Position numbers and translations under genes: made by a program | In this document: positions 28,009-41,170 of the stretch, in pieces | Layout of the letters: each line of letters begins with the position of its first letter | Numbering within the stretch: position 1 is the stretch's first letter | Notes under the pieces: model-generated | The model's database searches: none | What the model was told of the DNA's origin: nothing | What the model saw: only the letters and a program-made list of their open reading frames with translations | Source: Eledone cirrhosa | Lineage: Eukaryota | Assembly: GCA_964016885.1 (NCBI GenBank) | Contig: CAXHJY010001220.1 | Location: forward strand, 1 to 61,896 | DNA length: 61,896 nt | Reading direction: 5' to 3'

Positions 28009-28835
28009 TAATTGTTTCTACTTTAGGCACAAGGCCAGCAATTACCCAGTGCATTACTGGTACTTTATTTTATCGACCCCGTAAGGATGAAAGGCAAAGT
28101 CAACCTCGGCGGGATTTGAACTCAGATCGTAAAGGGACGTAAGTATGCTGGAAAGCATGGCGTCCGACCCTCTACCGATACTGCCAATCCACAATGCGAT
28201 TGATCTGTTATTTCTGTAACTTTCTTCAGTGTTTAAATTTATTACAACCAACAGTACTTTCTGCCAAACAAAGAGGGTGGATTGGCAGGGTCGGTAGAGC
28301 GTCGGACAACATATATTGCACCATAGAGTTACGCCCCTTTTCGTTCTGAGTTTAAATCCCATCGAGGTTAGCTTTCTTTTTCATCCTTGCGGTGGGGGGG
28401 GGGGGGATAAAGTAAAGTACCAGTAATGCATTGAGACTGGGATCAGTTTAATCGACTTTACCCACCCTCCTCCAAAAAATTGTTGGTCTCGTGCCTAAAT
28501 CAGAAACCATTAATATTGAGTTCAAATCCCGCCGAGGTTAACTTTGCCTTTCATCCTTACGGGGTCGATAAAATAAAGTACCAGTAATGCACTGGGTAAT
28601 TGCTGGCCTTGTGTCCAAAGTATAAACAATTATTATATACCACTGGTGGATTGGCTGTATCGGTAGAGGGTCTGACGCCATGCTTTGCAGCAAAGAGTTA
28701 CGGCCCTTTATGATCTGAGTTCAAATCTCCCCGAGGTTAACTTTGCCTTTCATCCTTACGGGGGTCGATAAAATAAAGTACCAGTAATACACTGGGATAA
28801 TTGTTGGCCTCGTGCCTAAATCAGAAACCATTATT
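28009..28835. mobile_element. SINE cluster (28009-28192 -; 28275-28512, 28517-28632, 28643-28835 +)
   Basis: Main SINE family sequence. Confidence 0.82.
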
Positions 28836-29197
28836 GTATACCACATGCAATCACAGAACTATTTGGATACTTCGCCGTTCATAGCATTGGCATCTAATTG
28901 ATTTTGATAAGACACTGTGACGTTATATATTGATATATCAGACGTGCAGTTAACTAGATCGATACTACGATTCGCTGTTTATTGCTGGGCTCACTACAGA
29001 ATTGTACCAAAACTAACGAAATTAAAAATTAAAATAAAATGATTAGTCAAACCACAATATAACGTTGAGAGGAGAAAATGAAATGTTAAACGACTTCTCG
29101 CTTCCAATGTTAGCAACAATTACTGCACTGCTTTCAGCAAAAGTCTTTGTAGTCAAGACAAGTTAGAGAAATCTCAACTGAGGAAGAGAGGAGGCGC

Positions 29198-32100
29198 CTG
29201 GCCGAGTGGTCAGGGTGTTGAACTTATGGTCTTAATGTGGTGTGGCCGAGTGGTCAGGGTGTTGAACTTATGGTCTTAATGTGGTGTGGCCGAGTGGTCA
29301 GGGCGTTGAACTTATGGTCTTAATGTGGTGTGGCCGAGTGGTCAGGGCGTTGAACTTATGGTCTTAATGTGGTGTGGCCGAGTGGTCAGGGTGTTGAACT
29401 TATGGTCTTAATGTGGTGTGGGCGAGTGGTCAGGGCGTTGAACTTATGGTCTTAATGTGGTGTGGCCGAGTGGTCAGGGTGTTGAACTTATGGTCTTAAT
29501 GTGGTGTGGCCGAGTGGTCAGGGTGTTGAACTTATGGTCTTAATGTGGTGTGGCCGAGTGGTCAGGGCGTTGAACTTATGGTCTTAATGTGGTGTGGCCG
29601 AGTGGTCAGGGTGTTGAACTTATGGTCTTAATGTGGTGTGGCCGAGTGGTCAGGGCGTTGAACTTACGATCTTAATGTGGTGTGGCCGAGTGGTCAGGGT
29701 GTTGAACTTATGGTCTTAATGTGGTGTGGCCGAGTGGTCAGGGTGTTGAACTTATGGTCTTAATGTGGTGTGGCCGAGTGGTCAGGGTGTTGAACTTATG
29801 ATCTTAATGTGGTGTGGCCGAGTGGTCAGGGTGTTGAACTTATGATCTTAATGTGGTGTGGCCGAGTGGTCAGGGTGTTGAACTTACGATCTTAATGTGG
29901 TGTGGCCGAGTGGTCAGGGTGTTGAACTTATGATCTTAATGTGGTGTGGCCGAGTGGTCAGGGTGTTGAACTTACGATCTTAATGTGGTGTGGCCGAGTG
30001 GTCAGGGTGTTGAACTTATGATCTTAATGTGGTGTGGCCGAGTGGTCAGGGTGTTGAACTTATGATCTTAATGTGGTGTGGCCGAGTGGTCAGGGTGTTG
30101 AACTTACGATCTTAATGTGGTGTGGCCGAGTGGTCAGGGTGTTGAACTTATGATCTTAATGTGGTGTGGCCGGGTGGTCAGGGTGTTAAACTTATGATCT
30201 TAATGTGGTGTGGCCGAGTGGTCAGGGTGTTAAACTTATGATCTTAATGTGGTGTGGCCGAGTGGTCAGGGGTGTTGAACTTATGATCTTAATGTGGTGT
30301 GGCCGAGTGGTCAGGGTGTTGAACTTATGATCTTAATGTGGTGTGGCCCGGGTGGTCAGGGTGTTGAACTTATGATCTTAATGTGGTGTGGCCGAGTGGT
30401 CAGGGTGTTGAACTTATGATCTTAATGTGGTGTGGCCGAGTGGTCAGGGTGTTGAACTTATGATCTTAATGTGGTGTGGCCGAGTGGTCAGGGTGTTGAA
30501 CTTATGATCTTAATGTGGTGTGGCCGAGTGGTCAGGGTGTTTGAACTTATGATCTTAATGTGGTGTGGCCGAGTGGTCAGGGTGTTGAACTTATGATCTT
30601 AATGTGGTGTGGCCGGGTGGTCAGGGTGTTGAACTTATGATCTTAAGTGTGGTGTGGCCGAGTGGTCAGGGTGTTGAACTTATGATCTTAATGTGGTGTG
30701 GCCGAGTGGTCAGGGTGTTGAACTTATGATCTTAATGTGGTGTGGGCCGAGTGGTCAGGGTGTTGAACTTATGATCTTAATGTGGTGTGGCCGGGTGGTC
30801 AGGGTGTTGAACTTATGGTCTTAATGTGGTGTGGCCGAGTGGTCAGGGTGTTGAACTTATGGTCTTAATGTGGTGTGCCGAGTGGTCAGGGTGTTGAACT
30901 TACGATCTTAATGTGGTGTGCCGGGTGGTCAGGGTGTTGAACTTACGATCTTAATGTGGTGTGGCAGAGTGGTCAGGGTGTTGAACTTACGATCTTAATG
31001 TGGTGTGGCCGAGTGGTCAGGGTGTTGAACTTACGATCATAATGTGGTGTGGCCGAGTGGTCAGGGTGTTGAACTTACGATCATAATGTGGTGTGGCCGA
31101 GTGGTCAGGGTGTTGAACTTACGATCATAATGTGGTGTGGCCGAGTGGTCAGGGTGTTGAACTTACGATCATAATGTGGTGTGGCCGAGTGGTCAGGGTG
31201 TTGAACTTACGATCATAATGTGGTGTGGCCGAGTGGTCAGGGTGTTGAACTTACGATCATAATGTGGTGTGGCCGAGTGGTCAGGGTGTTGAACTTACGA
31301 TCATAATGTGGTGTGGCCGAGTGGTCAGGGTGTTGAACTTACGATCTTAATGTGGTGTGGCCGAGTGGTCAGGGTGTTGAACTTATGATCATAATGTGGT
31401 GTGGCCGAGTGGTCAGGGTGTTGAACTTACGATCATAATGTGGTGTGGCCGAGTGGTCAGGGTGTTGAACTTATGGTCTTAATGTGGTGTGGCCGAGTGG
31501 TCAGGGTGTTGAACTTATGATCTTAATGTGGTGTGGCCGAGTGGTCAGGGTGTTGAACTTATGATCTTAATGTGGTGTGGCCGAGTGGTCAGGGTGTTGA
31601 ACTTATGATCTTAATGTGGTGTGGCCGAGTGGTCAGGGTGTTGAACTTATGGTCTTAATGTGGTGTGGCCGAGTGGTCAGGGCGTTGAACTTATGGTCTT
31701 AATGTGGTGTGGCCGAGTGGTCAGGGCGTTGAACTTATGGTCTTAATGTGGTGTGGCCGAGTGGTCAGGGTGTTGAACTTATGGTCTTAATGTGGTGTGG
31801 CCGAGTGGTCAGGGCGTTGAACTTATGGTCTTAATGTGGTGTGGCCGAGTGGTCAGGGTGTTGAACTTATGGTCTTAATGTGGTGTGGCCGAGTGGTCAG
31901 GGTGTTGAACTTATGGTCTTAATGTGGTGTGGCCGAGTGGTCAGGGCGTTGAACTTATGGTCTTAATGTGGTGTGGCCGAGTGGTCAGGGTGTTGAACTT
32001 ATGGTCTTAATGTGGTGTGGCCGAGTGGTCAGGGCGTTGAACTTACGATCTTAATGTGGTGTGGCCGAGTGGTCAGGGTGTTGAACTTATGGTCTTAATG

Positions 32101-34330
32101 TGGTGTGGCCGAGTGGTCAGGGTGTTGAACTTATGGTCTTAATGTGGTGTGGCCGAGTGGTCAGGGTGTTGAACTTATGATCTTAATGTGGTGTGGCCGA
32201 GTGGTCAGGGTGTTGAACTTATGATCTTAATGTGGTGTGGCCGAGTGGTCAGGGTGTTGAACTTACGATCTTAATGTGGTGTGGCCGAGTGGTCAGGGTG
32301 TTGAACTTATGATCTTAATGTGGTGTGGCCGAGTGGTCAGGGTGTTGAACTTACGATCTTAATGTGGTGTGGCCGAGTGGTCAGGGTGTTGAACTTATGA
32401 TCTTAATGTGGTGTGGCCGAGTGGTCAGGGTGTTGAACTTATGATCTTAATGTGGTGTGGCCGAGTGGTCAGGGTGTTGAACTTACGATCTTAATGTGGT
32501 GTGGCCGAGTGGTCAGGGTGTTGAACTTATGATCTTAATGTGGTGTGGCCGGGTGGTCAGGGTGTTAAACTTATGATCTTAATGTGGTGTGGCCGAGTGG
32601 TCAGGGTGTTAAACTTATGATCTTAATGTGGTGTGGCCGAGTGGTCAGGGTGTTGAACTTATGATCTTAATGTGGTGTGGCCGAGTGGTCAGGGTGTTGA
32701 ACTTATGATCTTAATGTGGTGTGGCCGGGTGGTCAGGGTGTTGAACTTGTGATCTTAATGTGGTGTGGCCGAGTGGTCAGGGTGTTGAACTTATGATCTT
32801 AATGTGGTGTGGCCGAGTGGTCAGGGTGTTGAACTTATGATCTTAATGTGGTGTGGCCGAGTGGTCAGGGTGTTGAACTTATGATCTTAATGTGGTGTGG
32901 CCGAGTGGTCAGGGTGTTGAACTTATGATCTTAATGTGGTGTGGCCGAGTGGTCAGGGTGTTGAACTTATGATCTTAATGTGGTGTGGCCGGGTGGTCAG
33001 GGTGTTGAACTTATGATCTTAATGTGGTGTGGCCGAGTGGTCAGGGTGTTGAACTTATGATCTTAATGTGGTGTGGCCGAGTGGTCAGGGTGTTGAACTT
33101 ATGATCTTAATGTGGTGTGGCCGAGTGGTCAGGGTGTTGAACTTATGATCTTAATGTGGTGTGGCCGGGTGGTCAGGGTGTTGAACTTATGGTCTTAATG
33201 TGGTGTGGCCGAGTGGTCAGGGTGTTGAACTTATGGTCTTAATGTGGTGTGGCCGAGTGGTCAGGGTGTTGAACTTACGATCTTAATGTGGTGTGGCCGG
33301 GTGGTCAGGGTGTTGAACTTACGATCTTAATGTGGTGTGGCAGAGTGGTCAGGGTGTTGAACTTACGATCTTAATGTGGTGTGGCCGAGTGGTCAGGGTG
33401 TTGAACTTACGATCATAATGTGGTGTGGCCGAGTGGTCAGGGTGTTGAACTTACGATCATAATGTGGTGTGGCCGAGTGGTCAGGGTGTTGAACTTACGA
33501 TCATAATGTGGTGTGGCTGAGTGGTCAGGGTGTTGAACTTACGATCATAATGTGGTGTGGCCGAGTGGTCAGGGTGTTGAACTTACGATCATAATGTGGT
33601 GTGGCCGAGTGGTCAGGGTGTTGAACTTACGATCATAATGTGGTGTGGCCGAGTGGTCAGGGTGTTGAACTTACGATCTTAATGTGGTGTGGCCGAGTGG
33701 TCAGGGTGTTGAACTTATGATCATAATGTGGTGTGGCCGAGTGGTCAGGGTGTTGAACTTACGATCATAATGTGGTGTGGCCGAGTGGTCAGGGTGTTGA
33801 ACTTATGGTCTTAATGTGGTGTGGCCGAGTGGTCAGGGTGTTGAACTTATGATCTTAATGTGGTGTGGCCGAGTGGTCAGGGTGTTGAACTTATGATCTT
33901 AATGTGGTGTGGCCGAGTGGTCAGGGTGTTGAACTTATGATCTTAATGTGGTGTGGCCGAGTGGTCAGGGTGTTGAACTTATGATCTTAATGACATGTGG
34001 CTGAGTGGTCAGGGTGTTGAACTTACGATCTTAATGTGGTGTGGCCGAGTGGTCAGGGTGTTGAATTTATGATCTTAATGACATGTGGCTGAGTGGTCAG
34101 GGTGTTGAACTTACGATCTTAATGTGGTGTGGCCGAGTGGTCAGGGTGTTGAACTTATGATCTTAATGACATGTGGCTGAGTGGTCAGGGTGTTGAACTT
34201 ACGATCTTAATGTGGTGTGGCCGAGTGGTCAGGGTGTTGAACTTATGATCTTAATGACATGTGGCTGAGTGGTCAGGGTGTTGAACTTACGATCTTAATG
34301 TGGTGTGGCCGAGTGGTCAGGGTGTTGAAC
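29198..34330 (+). repeat. 44-bp tandem satellite (~117 units) derived from a SINE tRNA head
   Basis: Unit GTGGCCGAGTGGTCAGGGTGTTGAACTTATGATCTTAATGTGGT; contains A-box TGGCCGAGTGG. Confidence 0.95.
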
Positions 34331-34344
34331 TTATGATCATAATG

Positions 34345-34610
34345 TCACGTGGCCGAGTGGTAAATGTGTTGGATTTGCGATCATAATGTCATGGGCTCGA
34401 ATCCTGGACTGAGTTGTGTGTTGTGTTTTTGAGCAAAATGCTTCATTTCACGTTACTCCAATATACTCAGTTGAAAATAAGTACCAGTAATAGCTGGGGG
34501 TTTAATCCTGTGTCCTATCCAGTGGGAGAGTCTTGTACTCTTGGTTGCTTAACGCCACAGAAATCAGAATATGCACCAGCATGATGAGCCCCCGGGCTTG
34601 AGACAGACTT
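34345..34610 (+). mobile_element. tRNA/CORE-type SINE, likely parent of the satellite
   Basis: TGGCCGAGTGG..GGCTCGAATCC B-box, then TTGTGTTTTTGAGCAAAATGCTTCATTTCACGTTACTCCA CORE-like domain. Confidence 0.75.
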
Positions 34611-34613
34611 TAA

Positions 34614-35043
34614 CCCTTTAGCATTTACATTACTCTATATATAATTGTTTCTACTTTAGGCACAAGGCCAGCAATTAACCAGTGCATTACTGGTACTTTA
34701 TTTTATCGACCCCGTAAGGATGAAAGGCAAAGTCAACCTCGGCGGGATTTGAACTCAGATCGTAAAGGGACGTAACTATGCTAGAAAGCATGGCGTCCGT
34801 CCCTCTACCAATACTGCCAATCCACCGCCCTGATATATCCACTCTATATATAGTATTGTATTTTCGCCGTAAAGGCTTTATTTCTGATCATATCTCACAT
34901 AATATTGAATCTATGAGCTGTTGATATTTATTTATTTTGAGAACAATACCTTAACATCAGTATGAGTGGCCAGTTACAGCCGGTTTGAACAGAGAGAGGT
35001 GAGAAAATTCTGGCCGAATATAGCCGGTTTAAATACTAAAGGG
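34614..35043. mobile_element. piggyBac-type MITE containing a nested SINE (34640-34830 -)
   Basis: TTAA|CCCTTTAGCATTTA ... TAAATACTAAAGGG|TTAA. Confidence 0.75.
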
Positions 35044-35171
35044 TTAAACCTGCAATGTACTCACATCCTAATCCATGTGAGAGAGGGAGTCTTGTACTCC
35101 ATAATATGTCTGCAGTAAAGGTCCTTCAGTCAACAGTTGGTCTTTTACGAACTCACGGCTATACTCTACAC

Positions 35172-35461
35172 CAGTCATGAGTAACCTGCGGCCCGCGAAG
35201 CTTTCTCAATGGCTCGCCTAAGTCACCTAAGTGAAATCTTTCTGATTTTTTTACCCCAACTTTTTAGTCAGAATTTATCTTTCTATCATTTTTACGATCG
35301 AGGAAAACAACGTGTACGAATTCTGAAGAAACAAATCAAAACAACCTGAGTTACCGCCCTTTGTTTAATGTGGGCACGAATGTAAATTAGCGCTTGCGGC
35401 TCGCCTGATGATGAACTATATCTCATGCGGCCCGCTACTCGAAAAAGGTTGCCCATGCCTG
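35172..35461. mobile_element. hAT-type MITE
   Basis: TIRs CAGTCATGAGTAACCT / AGGTTGCCCATGCCTG; GCGGCCCGC subterminal motifs; 8-bp TSD CTCTACAC/ATCTACAC. Confidence 0.78.
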
Positions 35462-36039
35462 ATCTACACTATGCTTATTAATTCTGCCAAACAACCGCCC
35501 CGGATAGACACTAAATATATCGACCTCTGAAGCATGAAAGATAAAGTTAACATCGCCCTTATTTCGAATTTGGAGCTCAGAGATCCTGCACACTTACCAC
35601 CATACAAACAACGTTCCTTACCAATTCACCGGCCTGATGATAACTAACATAAATATAACACTTTACAATTTAACCATAACTCCGAACACGAACACGAACA
35701 ATTCCCAGTTAAAAAGAAAGATTATATGAAGTGGTAATTAGAAAATAGAATATTATAGTCAATCAGAAGTATGATGAAATAGTTATATGGAACAAGCTCC
35801 GATTAAATATCTAATAAACTTTAATCGATATTAGCTTTGTAAAAAATTACAGCTCATAGCTTACAATAAATGAAATAGGTTGTAAAATGTGCTGTAAAAT
35901 TACTGATGACAATGAAATTATTTTAGAGGCAGGAACTATTCCTGGGGCTAATTAAGGTAATAACAATAGGTAGACAATAAGTAACAGAAATTGATTATAG
36001 TCGACTGTTGTATCTATTCTTTCCTGTGTAGGTATAACA

Positions 36040-36209
36040 GATAGATAGAAAGGGGGAGAGGGAGAGGTATGTAGGTAAGTAGATAGAGAGATAGGTAAAT
36101 AGATAGGTAGGTATTAGGTAGATAGAGAGGTAGATAGGGGTAAGTATGTACGTAAGTAGATAGAGATAGGTAGGTAAATAGATAAATAGATAGATAGATA
36201 GTTGGATAA

Positions 36210-36249
<40 letters not shown>

Positions 36250-36288
36250 GTAGATAGATAGGTAGGTAAATAGATAGCTAGATAGTTG

Positions 36289-36332
<44 letters not shown>
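36040..36332. repeat. (GATA)n microsatellite
   Basis: Direct inspection. Confidence 0.9.
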
Positions 36333-36580
36333 TGTTTCTTTATTAGCCACAGGGGCACAAAAGAAGGGGACAAATACAAAGGGGGAAGTTTACATACAAT
36401 AAAAACGTGTAAAATACTATCACAAATGCAATTTAAAAATTAATCGATTTTCCCCAATAGGGGGAGACAGTTCATATGGGTAACACATACCCCCAAAAAA
36501 ATGTGCAACCCTCATCTCCAGGAGTACGAAGAGTTTGTACCCCTTTCCTCTCTTCCTCTTTTTCCTCAACTTACAGGCTG
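36333..36580 (-). mobile_element. 3' end of a Tx1-like LINE in (GATA)n
   Basis: Homologous to the 3' UTRs at 45988-46255 and 46512-46750; ends GTGGCTAATAAAGAAACA-(TATC)n. Confidence 0.65.
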
Positions 36581-37099
36581 ATATAGAGAGATAGATAGAT
36601 ATGCAGGCAGGTAAGTAGGTAGATAAATAAATAGTTATCTAGGGAGGTAGGTTGGTAGGTAGTGAGAGGGGGGGAGAGGGGGGGATATAGATAGATAGAT
36701 AGATACAAACAAACATAATTACAAACAAGCATGCAAACATACGCGCTCCCACACACACATACACACACGCGCACGCACGCGCGTTTATATTTAAAGTATA
36801 AAAGAATATATTAATATATTAATTTCTTATTTTGCCGGACCCAGTCATTTAATTGCAGCAGAGGAATGAGGCACATCATTGGAAGGGTTTTAATCGATCT
36901 TATTGACCGCAGTACATATCTTAGTCTAGCACTTATTTTACCGACCTTCTAAGTTTTAATTCAATGGCGTAATTCAATGGATCTTTTTACGGCGGTATAC
37001 TTAAATATACAGCGTAATGTAGAATTGCAAATGGTATTGTGTGAATCCTGTAAAGTTCTATTCTATGCGGACTGTTATAGATGCTGTATATATCAATAT

Positions 37100-37320
37100 T
37101 CTTGAGCTGTGATCTCTCAATTCGGAAACATGTGGTTCTAACCTGAAGCGACTCTTTGATCTCTATCAAATAATGTTAATCCAAAGACCCTTCGGAAGAA
37201 CACTATGTCAGCAGCTTGAATTCGCGATCGTATTATTTCGGTCATTACCCAAGATTCATAACCATGGGTAAGAGTTGGCACGAATATTAAATCGAAGATA
37301 GCGAGTTTGGCTTTTACACC
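37100..37320 (-). mobile_element. RTE-clade LINE fragment
   Basis: Reverse complement translates VKAKLAIFDLIFVPTLTHGYESWVMTEIIRSRIQAADIVFFRRVFGLTLFDR..RIERSQL. Confidence 0.8.
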
Positions 37321-39945
37321 TACCTCCTACCAGTAAACTACAGCTTTTACAGCTACCTCCTACCAGTAAACTATAGCTTTTACAGCTACCTCCTACCAGT
37401 AAACTATAGCTTTTACACCTACCTCCTACCAGTAAACTATAGCTTTTACAGCTACCTCCTACCAGTAAACTACAGCTTTTACACCTACCTCCTACCAGTA
37501 AACTATAGCTTTTACAGCTACCTCCTACCAGTAAACTATAGCTTTTACAGCTACCTCCTACCAGTAAACTATAGCTTTTACAGCTACCTCCTACCAGTAA
37601 ACTATAGCTTTTACACCTACCTCCTACCAGTAAACTACAGCTTTTACAGCTACCTCCTACCAGTAAACTAGAGCTTTTACAGCTACCTCCTACCAGTAAA
37701 CTATAGCTTTTACAGCTACCTCCTACCAGTAAACTATAGCTTTTACAGCTACCTCCTACCAGTAAACTATAGCTTTTACAGCTACCTACTACCAGTAAAC
37801 TATAGCTTTTACAGCTACCTCCTACCAGTAAACTACAGCTTTTACAGCTACCTCCTACCAGTAAACTATAGCTTTTACAGCTACCTCCTACCAGTAAACT
37901 GTAGCTTTTACAGCTACCTCCTACCAGTAAACTATAGCTTTTACAGCTACCTCCTACCAGTAAACTATAGCTTTTACACCTACCTCCTACCAGTAAACTA
38001 CAGCTTTTACAGCTACCTCCTACCAGTAAACTATAGCTTTTACAGCTACCTCCTACCAGTAAACTATAGCTTTTACACCTACCTCCTACCAGTAAACTAC
38101 AGCTTTTACAGCTACCTCCTACCAGTAAACTGTAGCTTTTACACCTACCTCCTACCAGTAAACTACAGCTTTTACAGCTACCTCCTACCAGTAAACTATA
38201 GCTTTTACAGCTACCTCCTACCAGTAAACTATAGCTTTTACAGCTACCTCCTACCAGTAAACTGTAGCTTTTACACCTACCTCCTACCAGTAAACTATAG
38301 CTTTTACAGCTACCTCCTACCAGTAAACTATAGCTTTTACAGCTACCTCCTACCAGTAAACTGTAGCTTTTACACCTACCTCCTACCAGTAAACTACAGC
38401 TTTTACAGCTACCTCCTACCAGTAAACTATAGCTTTTACAGCTACCTCCTACCAGTAAACTATAGCTTTTACAGCTACCTCCTACCAGTAAACTATAGCT
38501 TTTACAGCTACCTCCTACCAGTAAACTATAGCTTTTACAGCTACCTCCTACCAGTAAACTGTAGCTTTTACACCTACCTCCTACCAGTAAACTATAGCTT
38601 TTACAGCTACCTCCTACCAGTAAACTATAGCTTTTACAGCTACCTCCTACCAGTAAACTATAGCTTTTACAGCTACCTCCTACCAGTAAACTGTAGCTTT
38701 TACACCTACCTCCTACCAGTAAACTATAGCTTTTACAGCTACCTCCTACCAGTAAACTAGAGCTTTTACAGCTACCTCCTACCAGTAAACTACAGCTTTT
38801 ACAGCTACCTCCTACCAGTAAACTAGAGCTTTTACAGCTACCTCCTACCAGTAAACTATAGCTTTTACAGCTACCTCCTACCAGTAAACTATAGCTTTTA
38901 CACCTACCTCCTACCAGTAAACTACAGCTTTTACAGCTACCTCCTACCAGTAAACTAGAGCTTTTACAGCTACCTCCTACCAGTAAACTATAGCTTTTAC
39001 ACCTACCTCCTACCAGTAAACTACAGCTTTTACAGCTACCTCCTACCAGTAAACTAGAGCTTTTACAGCTACCTCCTACCAGTAAACTATAGCTTTTACA
39101 GCTACCTCCTACCAGTAAACTATAGCTTTTACAGCTACCTCCTACCAGTAAACTACAGCTTTTACAGCTACCTCCTACCAGTAAACTAGAGCTTTTACAG
39201 CTACCTCCTACCAGTAAACTATAGCTTTTACAGCTACCTCCTACCAGTAAACTACAGCTTTTACAGCTACCTCCTACCAGTAAACTACAGCTTTTACACC
39301 TACCTCCTACCAGTAAACTACAGCTTTTACAGCTACCTCCTACCAGTAAACTGTAGCTTTTACAGCTACCTCCTACCAGTAAACTATAGCTTTTACAGCT
39401 ACCTCCTACCAGTAAACTATAGCTTTTACAGCTACCTCCTACCAGTAAACTATAGCTTTTACAGCTACCTCCTACCAGTAAACTATAGCTTTTACAGCTA
39501 CCCCCTACCAGTAAACCATAACTAGATAGTATTCTTTCGGTCATTACCCAAGATTCATGACCATAGGTAAGAGTTGTTACGAATACTAAATTGAAGATAG
39601 CGAGTTTTGGCTTTTACACCTACCTCCTACCAGTAAACTATAGCTTTTACAGCTACCTCCTACCAGTAAACTATAGCTTTTACAGCTACCCCCTACCAGT
39701 AAACCATAACTAGATAGTATTCTTTCGGTCATTACCCAAGATTCATGACCATAGGTAAGAGTTGTTACGAATACTAAATTTAAGATAGCGAGTTTTGGCT
39801 TTTACACCTACCTCCTACCAGTAAACTATAGCTTTTACAGCTACCTCCTACCAGTAAACTGTAGCTTTTACAGCTACCTCCTACCAATAAACTGTAGCTT
39901 TTACACCTACCTCCTACCAGTTAATTTTGGCCTATACACCTACCT
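37310..39945. repeat. 33-bp minisatellite (~67 units to 39520, then ~190-bp higher-order units containing RTE sequence)
   Basis: Unit TACAGCTACCTCCTACCAGTAAACTATAGCTTT; gives the stop-free (SYSLLVGGSCK)n frame 37256-39544 (-). Confidence 0.95.
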
Positions 39946-40024
39946 CCCTTCTTCTGATAGCCGAATACTGATGCTCTGGTATTGTTCATGTAGAGATTTA
40001 CAGTGTGTAAGCAAATTGTTCAGC

Positions 40025-40130
40025 CATTACCCATATTCATGACCAGAGGTGAGGGTTGGCACAAATATCGAACTGAAGATAGTGAGTTTGGTTTTTACAC
40101 ATCCGTCCTTTTCTAGTGATGACCAAATAC
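40025..40130 (-). mobile_element. Further RTE fragment (same motif, more diverged)
   Basis: KTKLTIFSSIFVPTLTSGHEY. Confidence 0.7.
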
Positions 40131-40561
40131 TAATATTCTGACATTGTTCATCTAAAAATTTACAATATACAAACAAATGCTGAAGATAAACAATATGTAC
40201 AACTATAAAGTTGGTTAATTTATCCAAGTACAACATTAGATATCAATTAATTAAAGTTATTTCCTAAATTTATCATAACTGTAGCCCACATGCTGTGTGA
40301 GGTTATTTAAATTTATTAAGAGCTTGAGGGATACGACAGAATTTCTGGATATATTGATCGTTTAATGATGTCGGCCATCTTTGTGTCTCTGAACACTTTT
40401 ATACATCGCCTATCAAACTGCTATTCCTGTTTGTGTTATGTTAACATGACCTCGTATAGCGCTGCTTCATACATACACACCTTCCTGCTTCATACATTCA
40501 GACCTTCCTGCTTCATACACACTTTCCTATATACATGCAATCACATATACATGCATATATA

Positions 40562-41170
40562 CATGGTGGCTGCCAACTCGTTTTCGAGTACGGCCACTAC
40601 TTTATATCCATGTAGGAGAACCCTACCGATGGCCTGAACGAGTGTGACTTTTTAGTCCAGCCAACGACTTGAAAACTCTGGTACAAACACTACACTTGTG
40701 ACAATTATTGACACATAGTGCTGGACCCATGGTACCAGGTGATGACAAGTGCAGAGAGATCTCCAGATACAAATCAATGCCTGTGCCGTGAAGCTTTTAT
40801 AGTGAGCAAAGGCACTGCACAAAGCCAGTCCCACTCTCTTAACCAAGATGATATTTACCAAAAAGAAAAACAAGTCAACATCATTGGATACCATCAGGGT
40901 TGCAGGTGTTATATCAGAGTTTTCCTTCTCCTAGAATTCTGCTTTGACAAAGGCTAAGGGGTCATCTCTCCCGGTGCTTTTGGATGGCCATTGACTCTTA
41001 AGAGCTCCTTTGCCTTTTGACAGGTTTTGTTTTTAGTCCTGCAGGATGTCCAAAGTCACCCTCCTCACCAAGAAACCTTGGTGGGGTTGCCAGTTTAGTC
41101 GCCAACGACCCGACCATGGGACAGGTTGTATTGGAATACATGTTACCAGTAGCACCAACTGGTGACCTGA
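40562..41170 (-). mobile_element. Non-autonomous retroposon with RTE-type 3' end and (TATG)n tail
   Basis: Ends GTACTCGAAAACGAGTTGGCAGCCACCATG-TATG; second copy at 43982-44312 (+), diverged copy at 41232-41540 (-). Confidence 0.65.

Noticed and set aside
29198-34330. Possible CRISPR array or tRNA gene cluster
   Set aside because: Units are contiguous with no unique spacers and no cas genes; each unit lacks the T-arm/B-box and 3' acceptor stem, so none is a tRNA gene
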